Positions 53,229-62,806 of a stretch of DNA of 64,000 nt are shown one piece after another (the first letter of the stretch is position 1; each line of letters starts with the position of its first letter). Below the pieces are notes generated by a model. The model was not told where the DNA came from. It was given only the letters and a program-made list of their open reading frames with translations, and searched no databases. Made by a program: the position numbers and the translations under genes. The DNA is from a bacterium (GTDB taxonomy: Bacteria > SM23-31), in contig OZ252239.1 in assembly GCA_965249485.1 (NCBI GenBank), positions 544,001 through 608,000 of the forward strand, given 5' to 3'.

Positions 53229-53951
53229 TCACCGGCCGCGAATGAGCCGGTCTCCAAGATATTCCGGCAGCTTATTGTCGATTATCTTCTGTCTGGCTGT
53301 TGTTATATCATATTCGAGCCGGATTATCTCTATCACCATGGAATCCGTATCAAGAACGGCAAATGAAAGACGGTAATCACCATCGCGCGGCTGACCAACA
53401 CTTCCGGGATTAATAATGTACCGTTTACCCGGATTTAGTTTCACCGGACCATTTTCGACAGGAATGGATCCCTTTTTTTCATAAACTCCGGGTATATGTG
53501 AATGCCCGACAAAACAGATCCGCTGAGTAAAATAATCGAACTCTTCTTTGGTATCTTCCCACCGGGAAATATATTTCCATGCTTCTGGATCCTGCGGAGC
53601 ACTGTGCACATAGAGAAAGTTATCATCTTCAAAATGGTATGGACATTCCGAAAGATATGTGCGGATATCCATTGACAGCTGAGCACGAGTCCACAAAACA
53701 GCCTGCCTGGCTGCTGTGTTAAAATAGTTAAACTCCGATGTACTAACTGCCACAGCATCATGGTTACCGATTACAGAAACATCTGCCCTATCTTTGACTA
53801 CATGCACGCATGAAACCGGATCGGCACCGTAACCAACCGTGTCACCAAGAACAGCATACAAATCGGGTACTACTTCATTATCAAGATAGTTCAGGCACTT
53901 TTCTAACGCCTCAAGATTTGCGTGTATATCGGAAATGACCGCCAGTTTCAT
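53229..53951 (-). CDS. Metallophosphoesterase family protein
   Basis: SDIHAN, GDTVGYG, GNHD, GHSH, NPGSVGQPRDG. Confidence 0.9.
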   Translation of the reverse strand: MKLAVISDIHANLEALEKCLNYLDNEVVPDLYAVLGDTVGYGADPVSCVHVVKDRADVSVIGNHDAVAVSTSEFNYFNTAARQAVLWTRAQLSMDIRTYLSECPYHFEDDNFLYVHSAPQDPEAWKYISRWEDTKEEFDYFTQRICFVGHSHIPGVYEKKGSIPVENGPVKLNPGKRYIINPGSVGQPRDGDYRLSFAVLDTDSMVIEIIRLEYDITTARQKIIDNKLPEYLGDRLIRGR

Positions 53952-54078
53952 AATTGTTGATACGTAAACGAAGTGAGATTAATCATTACGATGCTTAAGA
54001 TATAATCAGTGATTAAGACGCTGTTCTGAAGATTCGAGGCTCTTCACAATGACAATGAAATTGGTATTTATTCCCCAT

Positions 54079-54492
54079 TTAATGTTCCGAAAACTCAACA
54101 TGCACCGAATCAAGCACACCGTTAATAAACCGAACGCTTTCGGTTGTACTGAATTTTCTTGCTATTTCAAGTGCTTCATTTATCGTTACTTTCGGAGGAA
54201 TATCGGTGCAGTGAAGGAATTCAGTAATCGCAAGACGAAGTATGAGTCTGTCAATCATGGCAATTCTTTCAAATTCCCAATTTTGCGCATGATTTTTTAT
54301 GCAATTTATACATTCATCACGACACTCTTCAGCCAGATTAAGCAAATGAATTGTAAAATCGTTGAGAGAACTGCCGTCCGCTCTCAGGAGGGATGGATCC
54401 TTAATAAGCCTATCTTTTTCCGAGGGATTAATCTCTTGAGCATATAATATCTGAAGCGCTTCTTCTCGTGCTTTTCTTCGTGTGGTTGCCAT
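54079..54492 (-). CDS. nusB: Transcription antitermination factor NusB
   Basis: RRKAREEALQILY, IDRLILR, INEALEIARKF, FINGVLD. Confidence 0.95.
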   Translation of the reverse strand: MATTRRKAREEALQILYAQEINPSEKDRLIKDPSLLRADGSSLNDFTIHLLNLAEECRDECINCIKNHAQNWEFERIAMIDRLILRLAITEFLHCTDIPPKVTINEALEIARKFSTTESVRFINGVLDSVHVEFSEH

Positions 54493-54596
54493 CGTATCCT
54501 TAAATCATTATCAAAGAACATCAATTACATTGGAATAGTTATTCTATTCGTTCAAATGTTACAAATTATTACCAGTTTGCCGTATGTTTCAAATAT

Positions 54597-55667
54597 TTAG
54601 TCGACGATAACAGTCCAGCCGAAGCGGTCCGCTGCTCTACCGTACTGAATGTCGGTCAATTCTCTGAAAAAGAGTTTTGATGCTTCTCCGGGCTCATCAC
54701 CTATTATGTAAGTTTTATCTTCATAGACAATATTCCCGATCGGGGATATAACTGCTGCTGTGCCACAACCAAAGCACTCTGTCATTGCCCCCGACTTTAT
54801 ATCTTCAATGACCTCATTGATGGATATGGAGAGTTCTTCAACTTCATAACCAAGATCCTTCGCAAGTAAGAGCACCGAATCACGAGTAACACCTTCCAAT
54901 ATCGTCCCCGTTAATTTTGATGTGATAACTTTATTACCGTAGACGAAAAATATATTCATCGATCCCACTTCTTCGATAAAGCGCCGCTCTATCGGATCGA
55001 GCCAGAGTACCTGTTCACACCCCTTTTCAATCGCCATTTTGCCTGCCAAAAGACTTCCAGCATAATTTCCACCAGATTTGGTATTGCCTGTTCCGCTGGG
55101 AGCAGCGCGGACAAATTCTTTCGTGACATAGACGGAAATCGGCAGGAATCCTTTGCTATAATAAGGACCACTCGGGCTCAGAATAATAAAGAATAGGTAG
55201 GTCGATGAAGAGTGGACACTGAGTACAGGATTTGTCGCAATCAATGTAGGACGAATATACAGCGACGTATTATCGACTTTTGGAATCCAATCACGATCCA
55301 TTCTGAGCAATTCAAAAAGTGCCTGTTCATGATCATCAACCGGAATTTCTGGCATACACAACCGTTGAGCGGAATGATTGAGCCGCTTGTAGTTTCTATC
55401 CGGACGAAAAAGACCCGTTTTACCATCTGCTCTGTAATAAGCTTTTAATCCTTCAAATACTTCCTGTGCATAATGAAACACTGAAGAGGCCGGCGAGAGC
55501 GAGAAATTTTCAAATTTTTTAATGACCGGATCATGCCATCCCTCACCATTAGTATAGTTCATCATGAACATGTAGTCGGTAAATACTTCACCGAAATTAA
55601 GTTGTGAATCGTCGGTTGGTTTCTTCTTGAGCTGGCTGTCCGGTATCGATTGAATCTGGATGTTCAT
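54597..55667 (-). CDS. ilvE: Branched-chain amino acid aminotransferase
   Basis: FEGLKAY, YIRP, KSGGNY (PLP Lys), EEVGSMN, ILEGVTR, GTAAVI. Confidence 0.93.
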   Translation of the reverse strand: MNIQIQSIPDSQLKKKPTDDSQLNFGEVFTDYMFMMNYTNGEGWHDPVIKKFENFSLSPASSVFHYAQEVFEGLKAYYRADGKTGLFRPDRNYKRLNHSAQRLCMPEIPVDDHEQALFELLRMDRDWIPKVDNTSLYIRPTLIATNPVLSVHSSSTYLFFIILSPSGPYYSKGFLPISVYVTKEFVRAAPSGTGNTKSGGNYAGSLLAGKMAIEKGCEQVLWLDPIERRFIEEVGSMNIFFVYGNKVITSKLTGTILEGVTRDSVLLLAKDLGYEVEELSISINEVIEDIKSGAMTECFGCGTAAVISPIGNIVYEDKTYIIGDEPGEASKLFFRELTDIQYGRAADRFGWTVIVD

Positions 55668-55725
55668 TTAATACTCCAATGCAGAATCGCCCAGCAATAC
55701 GCATATTGTTTTGTTTAATTGCCAC

Positions 55726-55755
55726 ATTTATTCATCTTCAAGAAGTTGAATAAAT
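55726..55755. promoter_or_regulatory. Near-perfect 30-bp inverted repeat upstream of ilvE
   Basis: ATTTATTCA-T-CTTC-AA-GAAG-T-TGAATAAAT. Confidence 0.45.
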
Positions 55756-55808
55756 TTAGTCAAAAACTTACGTTAAGTTACGTTCCATTTCTTTTGCTTT
55801 ACGATACT

Positions 55809-56195
55809 CTAAAAACTATCTAACAGTTTTTGTAATTCTTTTTTAAATTCACGTCTTCCATCGAGATCAAGCCGTTCATGCAAACTCTCAACAATAGTCC
55901 TAATTGTTTTCTTCCGGTCTTTATCAAAAGGAACGAGCTTTACAATCTTTTTGGTCTTTCCTTGAGAGACGGTACGGATATTTCCTTTTAACTCTGTTTT
56001 ATTCCCGTAGAGAGCTTGAATTATTCTCTCAAGTAGCAGGACAACTTCGTCACGATCTACATTTCGGAACTCACCCATGATCCGGAGAATGAGCTCTAGT
56101 CCGTTATTATTTTCATCGACCGACTCTACTCTGCAGACGGTCCGTTCTCCGTATCTGTCAATTGTTTCATTCATAATTGGTTTGTTACTTAGCAT
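55809..56195 (-). CDS. Hypothetical protein
   Basis: 128 aa charged ORF overlapping the MBL gene end; GAGG upstream. Confidence 0.7.
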   Translation of the reverse strand: MLSNKPIMNETIDRYGERTVCRVESVDENNNGLELILRIMGEFRNVDRDEVVLLLERIIQALYGNKTELKGNIRTVSQGKTKKIVKLVPFDKDRKKTIRTIVESLHERLDLDGRREFKKELQKLLDSF

Positions 56196-57036
56196 TATTT
56201 ACTTCGACCTGTTTAAGGACAACTCCCGAATCCGTCTCCTTCAGATACCCCGCTCTCATGCGGGGTGAATGCGGAAAAATAACAAGCCACTCTTCATCAA
56301 TCGCGCGCTTTATACACTTTTTTTTGTATTCCAGTGTATCCAGAGGATTAGTATCGTACCCCATAATGTATGGAACCTTAAGATGGCTCGCAGTTGGGAT
56401 GATATCTCCGCAATAACACGCTTTATTTCCTTCTGATTCAATAAGAACCATCTGATGAAACGGTGTATGTCCACCTGTTATCTCAACAGTTATGCCGGGA
56501 AAAATCTCCTGATTTCCATTCAGGAAATTTACTTTTCCATACTTATTTAGCGGCAGAATGTTATCCGGAATATAGCTGGCTCTTGTCCTTTCATTCGGAT
56601 TAGTCGCGAAATCCCATTCTCCCTCTTGAATGAAATAGACCGCATTCGGGAATGCAGGTATTAGCTCACCGCTGTCATTTAGCTCAACTGCACCACCTGA
56701 ATGGTCAAAATGTAGATGTGTTAAAAGTACTCCAGTAATATCATTTTTTCCAATACCAAGCTTTGAGAGACTATTAAGTAAATTGTCACTTCTTTTGAGA
56801 CAAAGAATATCACTATTTTTTTCATCCCATTTGTCTCCTATTCCGGTATCGACGAGGATGATTTCATTATCAAAACGGATAATTAGCGGATTCAGACTGA
56901 GCAGAATTCTGTTACGGTCATCCGCAGGGTCTTTTTTATCCCAGAGCGGCTTCGGCACAACACCAAACATCGCCCCACCATCAAGTTTGAAATAGCCATC
57001 CCACGCTATTTGGAGTTCAAATTTACCAAGTTTCAT
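56185..57036 (-). CDS. MBL-fold metallo-hydrolase (YtnP-like)
   Basis: LDGGAMFGVVPKPLW, THLHFDHSGG, GGHT, GDIIPT, MGYD. Confidence 0.92.
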   Translation of the reverse strand: MKLGKFELQIAWDGYFKLDGGAMFGVVPKPLWDKKDPADDRNRILLSLNPLIIRFDNEIILVDTGIGDKWDEKNSDILCLKRSDNLLNSLSKLGIGKNDITGVLLTHLHFDHSGGAVELNDSGELIPAFPNAVYFIQEGEWDFATNPNERTRASYIPDNILPLNKYGKVNFLNGNQEIFPGITVEITGGHTPFHQMVLIESEGNKACYCGDIIPTASHLKVPYIMGYDTNPLDTLEYKKKCIKRAIDEEWLVIFPHSPRMRAGYLKETDSGVVLKQVEVNNAK

Positions 57037-57140
57037 TTCAATAAATCTACGAAATCAACTGCAAATTCAAGAAACTGCGATCTTGTACAGTATACTAGTG
57101 AGCTAATTGTATCGGGAGTTAAATAAATTTCTGCTAAATA

Positions 57141-58166
57141 TTACAGCTTTTGTTTCAATTTACGTTCAGCCCGATTGTTATAAGATTTTTCTGCAACATT
57201 GTTAGAACCGCCGGCATTATATTCATCATATGCATTGATTATATCTTTCACAAGACGGTGTCTGACTACATCCGTAGATTCAAGATAGTTAAATGCAATT
57301 CCCTCAATACCTTTGAGAACATGTTGAATCTGAATCAGCCCCGATTGCGTTTTGTCGAGCAGATCGACCTGCGTAATGTCTCCGGTGATTATTGCAAGCG
57401 AGTTTGCCCCAAGCCTTGTCAAAAACATTTTCATTTGCAGCGTGGAGCTATTTTGTGCTTCATCTAATATTACAAATGCATTATTTAGCGTTCTTCCGCG
57501 CATATAGGCAAGCGGAATTATTTCAATAGTATTATTTTCCAGCATTTTCTTCAGTTTTTGGGGTGCGATCATATCATTGAGTGCATCATAGAGCGGCCAT
57601 AAATAAGGTTCTATTTTCTCCTTCAGATCTCCTGGCAGATAGCCGAGACTCTCACCCGCTTCTACAGCGGGACGTGATAAAATAATCTTTTTGACTTTTT
57701 TGCTCAGGAGATACTGCACTGCCATCGCAACAGCAAGATACGTTTTGCCAGTTCCGGCAGGTCCGATCGCAAACACAATTTCGTTTTTCTCTACGCATCT
57801 GAAGTAATTCCGCTGGCCTTCTGTTCTCGGTTTAATGAAATCGCTATCGGTAAAAAGAATTACTTCATCGAGTTCTTCTTTTGTGTGTTCCGGTGGCGTT
57901 TCAATCTGCACAAGCCGAATCGCTGTTTCAACATCCTGCCTATCGAGCTTCTTGAATTTATTGATATGAAAAATAAGCTCTGAGAGCAGATTCTCGATGT
58001 TGTTAACAGTATCTTCGCTGCCTGAAAGGTGAACATTACTCCCTCTGACAGTAATTGTTGCATCAAAATGATCCTGAATTGTTTTCAAGTTGGTGTCGTT
58101 CATCCCCAGAAAAATCATCGGGTCGATACCGTGTAGATCAAATGTTTTTTTCAGTTTGTTCATCAC
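57141..58166 (-). CDS. phoH: PhoH-family ATPase (PhoH/YbeZ)
   Basis: GPAGTGKT, RPAVEAGE, YMRGRT, DEAQN, VVRH; start GTG 58166 or ATG 58163. Confidence 0.93.
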   Translation of the reverse strand: MMNKLKKTFDLHGIDPMIFLGMNDTNLKTIQDHFDATITVRGSNVHLSGSEDTVNNIENLLSELIFHINKFKKLDRQDVETAIRLVQIETPPEHTKEELDEVILFTDSDFIKPRTEGQRNYFRCVEKNEIVFAIGPAGTGKTYLAVAMAVQYLLSKKVKKIILSRPAVEAGESLGYLPGDLKEKIEPYLWPLYDALNDMIAPQKLKKMLENNTIEIIPLAYMRGRTLNNAFVILDEAQNSSTLQMKMFLTRLGANSLAIITGDITQVDLLDKTQSGLIQIQHVLKGIEGIAFNYLESTDVVRHRLVKDIINAYDEYNAGGSNNVAEKSYNNRAERKLKQKL

Positions 58167-58191
58167 ATTGGATTGTATGTTGCTTACAAAT

Positions 58192-58232
58192 AAAAAAGGC
58201 TCATAGTTTCGAAAAACATATGAACCTTTTTT
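58192..58232 (-). terminator. Rho-independent terminator after the LysM gene (symmetrical)
   Basis: AAAAAAGG-C-TCATA...TATGA-A-CCTTTTTT. Confidence 0.7.
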
Positions 58233-58317
58233 GACTAAAGTCTTATTAACCAGCTATGTCTAAATTGTATGAACAGCAGGTATTACCTCATTTTTCGAAA
58301 TTTCGTTCTCGCTTATC

Positions 58318-59163
58318 TTAACGAGTTATTAGAATCATATGAGGATAAATTACATCCTGATTCTCGATTACGCTCCGGTTGAGCTCATAAAGCCGCGTCC
58401 ACTGGAACGGATCATTGAATACATTTCTGTATCCGGCGATTTTAGAGAGATATTCGCCACGCATCACAAGGTGTTCATTGTCGAGAACGTCCTGGAAAAT
58501 TTTAAATTCCTGTCCCGGAAAGATAAGATCGGGATTACTGATGATATCACGATTCTTTGTGTAAATGCGGATCCATTGAAACGGATCGTTGTATACACTC
58601 GGTTTTTTTGCGATTCTCCAAAGATGATCACCGCGCATGACCGAATAGATATCAAATGCCGGTTGAGCATTTTCAAGAGCATCTTCCAGCCGTGATCTCA
58701 ATCTTCTCAGGTCTCTGAGGATTGCCGCTGCTTCCGGGTGCCGTGCTGCACGTGCCCCGGCAAGTTCGTCAAGACGGCTAAATAAATTGGCAACCTCATC
58801 CTGACGTTTGAATAGTTCGCCCGGTGAAAGGTTTAAGAGTCCGTTGATTTGTCTCTGGATACTGTTCAGTTCCGAAAGATAGCTGTCGAATTCTCGTTCG
58901 GACATGCCGATCGCCCGCCAGATATCATTATCGATATCTTCAATTTCACTGTTCAGTTCATCAAGCCGTGCCCGAAGTGCTGCGATTTCCTCTTCACATT
59001 CCTGAATGCGAGCTTGTGCAGCTTCTTCTCTTTGCTGCCATTCCGATAGCTGCATCTGATATTCATCATAGCGTAGCCGTTCTTGAGCGAAAATGGGGTC
59101 TGTGCTGAACATACTCAATGCTACGGCACATGTTAAAGCTATTAAGATAATTGTTGATTTCAT
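58318..59163 (-). CDS. Exported coiled-coil protein with two LysM domains
   Basis: Signal peptide, long heptad region, YSVMRGDHLWRIA...NPDLIFPGQ and HLVMRGEYLSKIA...VIYP. Confidence 0.9.
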   Translation of the reverse strand: MKSTIILIALTCAVALSMFSTDPIFAQERLRYDEYQMQLSEWQQREEAAQARIQECEEEIAALRARLDELNSEIEDIDNDIWRAIGMSEREFDSYLSELNSIQRQINGLLNLSPGELFKRQDEVANLFSRLDELAGARAARHPEAAAILRDLRRLRSRLEDALENAQPAFDIYSVMRGDHLWRIAKKPSVYNDPFQWIRIYTKNRDIISNPDLIFPGQEFKIFQDVLDNEHLVMRGEYLSKIAGYRNVFNDPFQWTRLYELNRSVIENQDVIYPHMILITR

Positions 59164-59230
59164 TTTTAGTGAACTCCTTTACTGGTACCAATCGTTGCAG
59201 TGTAAGAATGAAATATTTATAATAAAAATG

Positions 59231-59485
59231 CTACTGAACTGCATCCAAGATATCTTCTTTTTCCTCCAACTCACGTTCTTTGTCAGCAACTTCGCGCTCA
59301 AGATTGCTTTTTTCTCTTTCAAGCTCTTCGACACGCCGCTCTGCAGAAAGTGCTGCCTGCCGCTGATTTTCGAGCCTGTCTAAATCATTTTGATTGGCGT
59401 ACCGCGTACAGCCACCAAATGCAAACATTAAACCTGTAAGCACTATACCCATGATTAATGTAGTATTTCTGAATTTCAGTTTCAT
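59231..59485 (-). CDS. Small coiled-coil lipoprotein
   Basis: ATG 59485 after AAGGAGG; lipobox FGG-C; 59-aa mature charged helical chain. Confidence 0.8.
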   Translation of the reverse strand: MKLKFRNTTLIMGIVLTGLMFAFGGCTRYANQNDLDRLENQRQAALSAERRVEELEREKSNLEREVADKERELEEKEDILDAVQ

Positions 59486-59557
59486 GAAACAGACACCTCC
59501 TTTTGTGGCAAAAACCAGGTACAATATTAAAAATATGAAGATAATATCGGTAAAATA

Positions 59558-59586
59558 AACATACTAAAAATGCAAATTATTGTCAA
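59558..59586 (-). promoter_or_regulatory. sigma70-type promoter for the lipoprotein-LysM pair
   Basis: TTGACA-N17-TATGTT on minus strand. Confidence 0.6.
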
Positions 59587-59606
59587 GTGAAAAAATAAAT
59601 TTTATC

Positions 59607-62600
59607 TCAGTAATCATCTATATTTTCTAAATTCGGGCGCGTTTTCAGCGATTTCACCCCAAATAGAAGTTTCAAATCATCAACACCTGCCACAAGACAT
59701 GGAATAATAAACAGAGTGAAAATTGTTGAGAAAAACAGACCTCCGACAATCACCGTAGCAAGTGGTCCCCACGTTGCAGATTTTCCTGCAAGGCCAACCG
59801 CCATGGGCAGAAGTCCGACAATAGTCGTGACCGACGTTAAAATAATCGGCCGCAGCCGAACCGAACCGGCAAGGAGAATAGAGTGCCATCTGTTGCTACC
59901 TGTCTGTCGCGCATTGTTAATAAAACTGATGAGAACAAGCGCGTCGTTGACAACAATGCCGGAAAGTGCTACGATTCCATACATTGTTGCAATTGTGAAC
60001 GGACTTTGGATCAGTACCAGTCCGGCAATTGCCCCAATGAAAGCAAAGGGAATTGTATATAAAATGATAAACGGCTGAATAAATGAAGCAAACTGACCTC
60101 CCAGAATGATATACATAAGGAGTATACCGAGCGCAAATAGTTTCCATATGCCACTCATTGTCTCTTCGAATTCGGCAAACTCACCTCCGAATTTTAATGA
60201 ATAACCGGGATGCCGTGCGCCTAGATCACTGAATATTTCCATTATTTCTCTATTAATTGCATTCGTGTTTGCCTTTGACTGGTCAATATTCGCGGTGACG
60301 GTTATTGTCCGTTCTCTATCTGTCCGCTTTATAGCTGTTATGCCCGGCTCAATTGTGAAACTGGCAATGTCTTTGAGCGGTACCAATATGTTACCTGGCG
60401 CTGCAATCCGCATATTTTCAAGATCGTCAAGGCTGTTTCTCGATTCTGATTTGTATTTTACGATGACATCAATTTCTTCATCGAGTTTTTTGAATTTCGT
60501 AGCAATTACACCGTCAAATGCCGTGCGCACTGTTGAGGCAACCTGAAATATATCAAGACCGTAGAGTGAAGCACGCTCCTCGTCTACTTTTATCTTCAAT
60601 TCCTTTTTACCGAAATTGTAATCGTCACGGATATCATACACGCCATCAAATCTGGCAAGTGCAATCTTTAATTCATCAGCAATAATTTGCAGCTGCTGAT
60701 AATCTTGCCCACGGGCTTTTATTTCGATAGGTGACCCGACAGGTGGTCCTGTGTACACTTTAGCAAATTCAACCGATTGCATTCCGGAAATTCCTGCAGT
60801 TTTTGCTCGAAGCTCCTCAATATAATACAGTATTGCATTTTCTCGCAAATCTTCGTCTATGAATTCGATAGCGAGTTGACCAACACTTGGTTTCAAAAAC
60901 CATTCACTGTCAGTCTGCATTACACCGGTATTGGTTACTACGGCGACAAGATCCGATTCAGGCAGGGTCAGCGCCTGTTTTTCCAATTGACTCATTACGC
61001 GATCGGTCTCTTCGAGCCGGGTGCCTTCCGGCATGGTAACCCGGACAAAGAACAGCGGCACCTCGTCTCCGGCGAACATATCTACACCTAAATAGAGTAC
61101 TAATACGGCTATGCAGACAAAAAACAGGAGCGTAACTGTAACAACTGCAATATGGCGGATACGTAGCAATTTTTTTAGCAGCCTGATATATCTGCGGCGG
61201 ATTTTAACAAAAATTCTGGTTCGCTTATGATTGTTATGATGGTTTCTCCCGCTCCATTCGGCAACATGTGACGGAAGTATAAAAAATGATTCTATAAGTG
61301 ATGCGATAAGCGCGAGACTGACAACAATGGGCATCACTTTAAAAAACTCTCCGAGAATTCCCGGAACCAGCATCAGTGGTAGAAAGGCGGCAACGGTAGT
61401 TGCTGTTGCAGCAAGAACAGGAGTCATAACTTCCTTTGTGCCGATTATAGCTGCTTTTGCTGGTGAGTACCCTTTTTGTATGTATCGAAAACAATTTTCA
61501 ATGACTATGATGGCATCGTCAACAATTATTCCAAGAACGAGTACGAGACCAAACAGCGAAGTTCCGTTAAGCGAGTTACCGGTAACATTGAGAAAAATAA
61601 AAGTAGCCATGAACGTAACCGGAATGCCTATGGCTGCAAACACCGCATTTCGCCAGCCGATAAACATCCAAAGAATCAGCAATACCATGATCAGACCGAT
61701 ATATGCATTCGATTCCAGAACATTGAGTAGTTTTTTAACCGGTGTGGACATGTCACTGGTAAAACTCAGCGTAACATTTTCGGGGAGAGTCCGCTGCCGC
61801 TGGTCAATGAGATTTCTTATTTCATCAACAAGTGTAATGACATTACCTTCCTTCTTTTTAGCAACTGTTATTGTAAATGCGGTTTTGCCATCCAACCGGC
61901 CAAAGTTGTTTGCTTCCTCAAGAGTATCAATTACTGCGGCAATATCCTTTACTGCAACTTGACCCTCTCCGACACTTCTTTTGATTATGACATTTTCCAG
62001 CTCTTCGGCCTCATCCACTTCTCCGACTGTTCGAAGAATATATTCTGACCGTCCAACATCCATTTTGCCGCCGGGCAGGTTAAGGTTTTTCATTGCGATG
62101 CTGTTGACAACTTGATTGAGAGCAAGATTATAGCTATTGAGACGCTCGGGATCAACTTCAACCCAAATCTCCTCGTCTCGTGCACCGCCGAGTTCCGCGC
62201 GGGCAACATTTTTGAGATCAAGAATGTCATCCCTGAGATCTTCCGCTATATCGATCATCTCCCGTTCCGGCAGCGTGCCACTTACAACAACAAAGAGCAT
62301 CGGCATGAGATCGTCACTCCCGAATTCGAGATAATTCGGCCCTTCTATCAAATCTTCACTCGGCAAATCGTCTATAGCATCGATTTCCGATTTTAGGTCC
62401 TGATACAGTTTGTCATACTCGTCTTCACCCATGTTTTCGAATTGAATACTGATTTGTGACAGTCCTTCTGCAGATACTGAAGTCGCCATTTTAATCTTGT
62501 CAACATTATTAATTGCATCTTCGATTGGTACCGTAATAAGCTTTTCGATTTCGTCGGGACTGACTCCTTCGTACGATGTTATAACATAGACCCAGTGAAA

Positions 62601-62723
62601 ATCGACATCTGGCATTAACGTCCGAGGCAGGTCCAACAGTGAATCGGTCCCCATCACAATGACCGTCATCATAATCAGATTTACCAGAACCGGATTTTTG
62701 ACTGAAAATTTTACTATATTCAC
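59607..62723 (-). CDS. RND efflux permease (AcrB/AcrD/AcrF family)
   Basis: 1038 aa; GIIVDDAIIVIEN, GIVVNDA, RLRPIILTSVTT. Confidence 0.95.
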   Translation of the reverse strand: MNIVKFSVKNPVLVNLIMMTVIVMGTDSLLDLPRTLMPDVDFHWVYVITSYEGVSPDEIEKLITVPIEDAINNVDKIKMATSVSAEGLSQISIQFENMGEDEYDKLYQDLKSEIDAIDDLPSEDLIEGPNYLEFGSDDLMPMLFVVVSGTLPEREMIDIAEDLRDDILDLKNVARAELGGARDEEIWVEVDPERLNSYNLALNQVVNSIAMKNLNLPGGKMDVGRSEYILRTVGEVDEAEELENVIIKRSVGEGQVAVKDIAAVIDTLEEANNFGRLDGKTAFTITVAKKKEGNVITLVDEIRNLIDQRQRTLPENVTLSFTSDMSTPVKKLLNVLESNAYIGLIMVLLILWMFIGWRNAVFAAIGIPVTFMATFIFLNVTGNSLNGTSLFGLVLVLGIIVDDAIIVIENCFRYIQKGYSPAKAAIIGTKEVMTPVLAATATTVAAFLPLMLVPGILGEFFKVMPIVVSLALIASLIESFFILPSHVAEWSGRNHHNNHKRTRIFVKIRRRYIRLLKKLLRIRHIAVVTVTLLFFVCIAVLVLYLGVDMFAGDEVPLFFVRVTMPEGTRLEETDRVMSQLEKQALTLPESDLVAVVTNTGVMQTDSEWFLKPSVGQLAIEFIDEDLRENAILYYIEELRAKTAGISGMQSVEFAKVYTGPPVGSPIEIKARGQDYQQLQIIADELKIALARFDGVYDIRDDYNFGKKELKIKVDEERASLYGLDIFQVASTVRTAFDGVIATKFKKLDEEIDVIVKYKSESRNSLDDLENMRIAAPGNILVPLKDIASFTIEPGITAIKRTDRERTITVTANIDQSKANTNAINREIMEIFSDLGARHPGYSLKFGGEFAEFEETMSGIWKLFALGILLMYIILGGQFASFIQPFIILYTIPFAFIGAIAGLVLIQSPFTIATMYGIVALSGIVVNDALVLISFINNARQTGSNRWHSILLAGSVRLRPIILTSVTTIVGLLPMAVGLAGKSATWGPLATVIVGGLFFSTIFTLFIIPCLVAGVDDLKLLFGVKSLKTRPNLENIDDY

Positions 62724-62806
62724 GTGCTGTCCCGCTTTATGTAAGTTAATATTATATTTTTGTCCTGCCGAACACCGCTGTGTGTGCTGTGCACTCGGCT
62801 GCTGTG

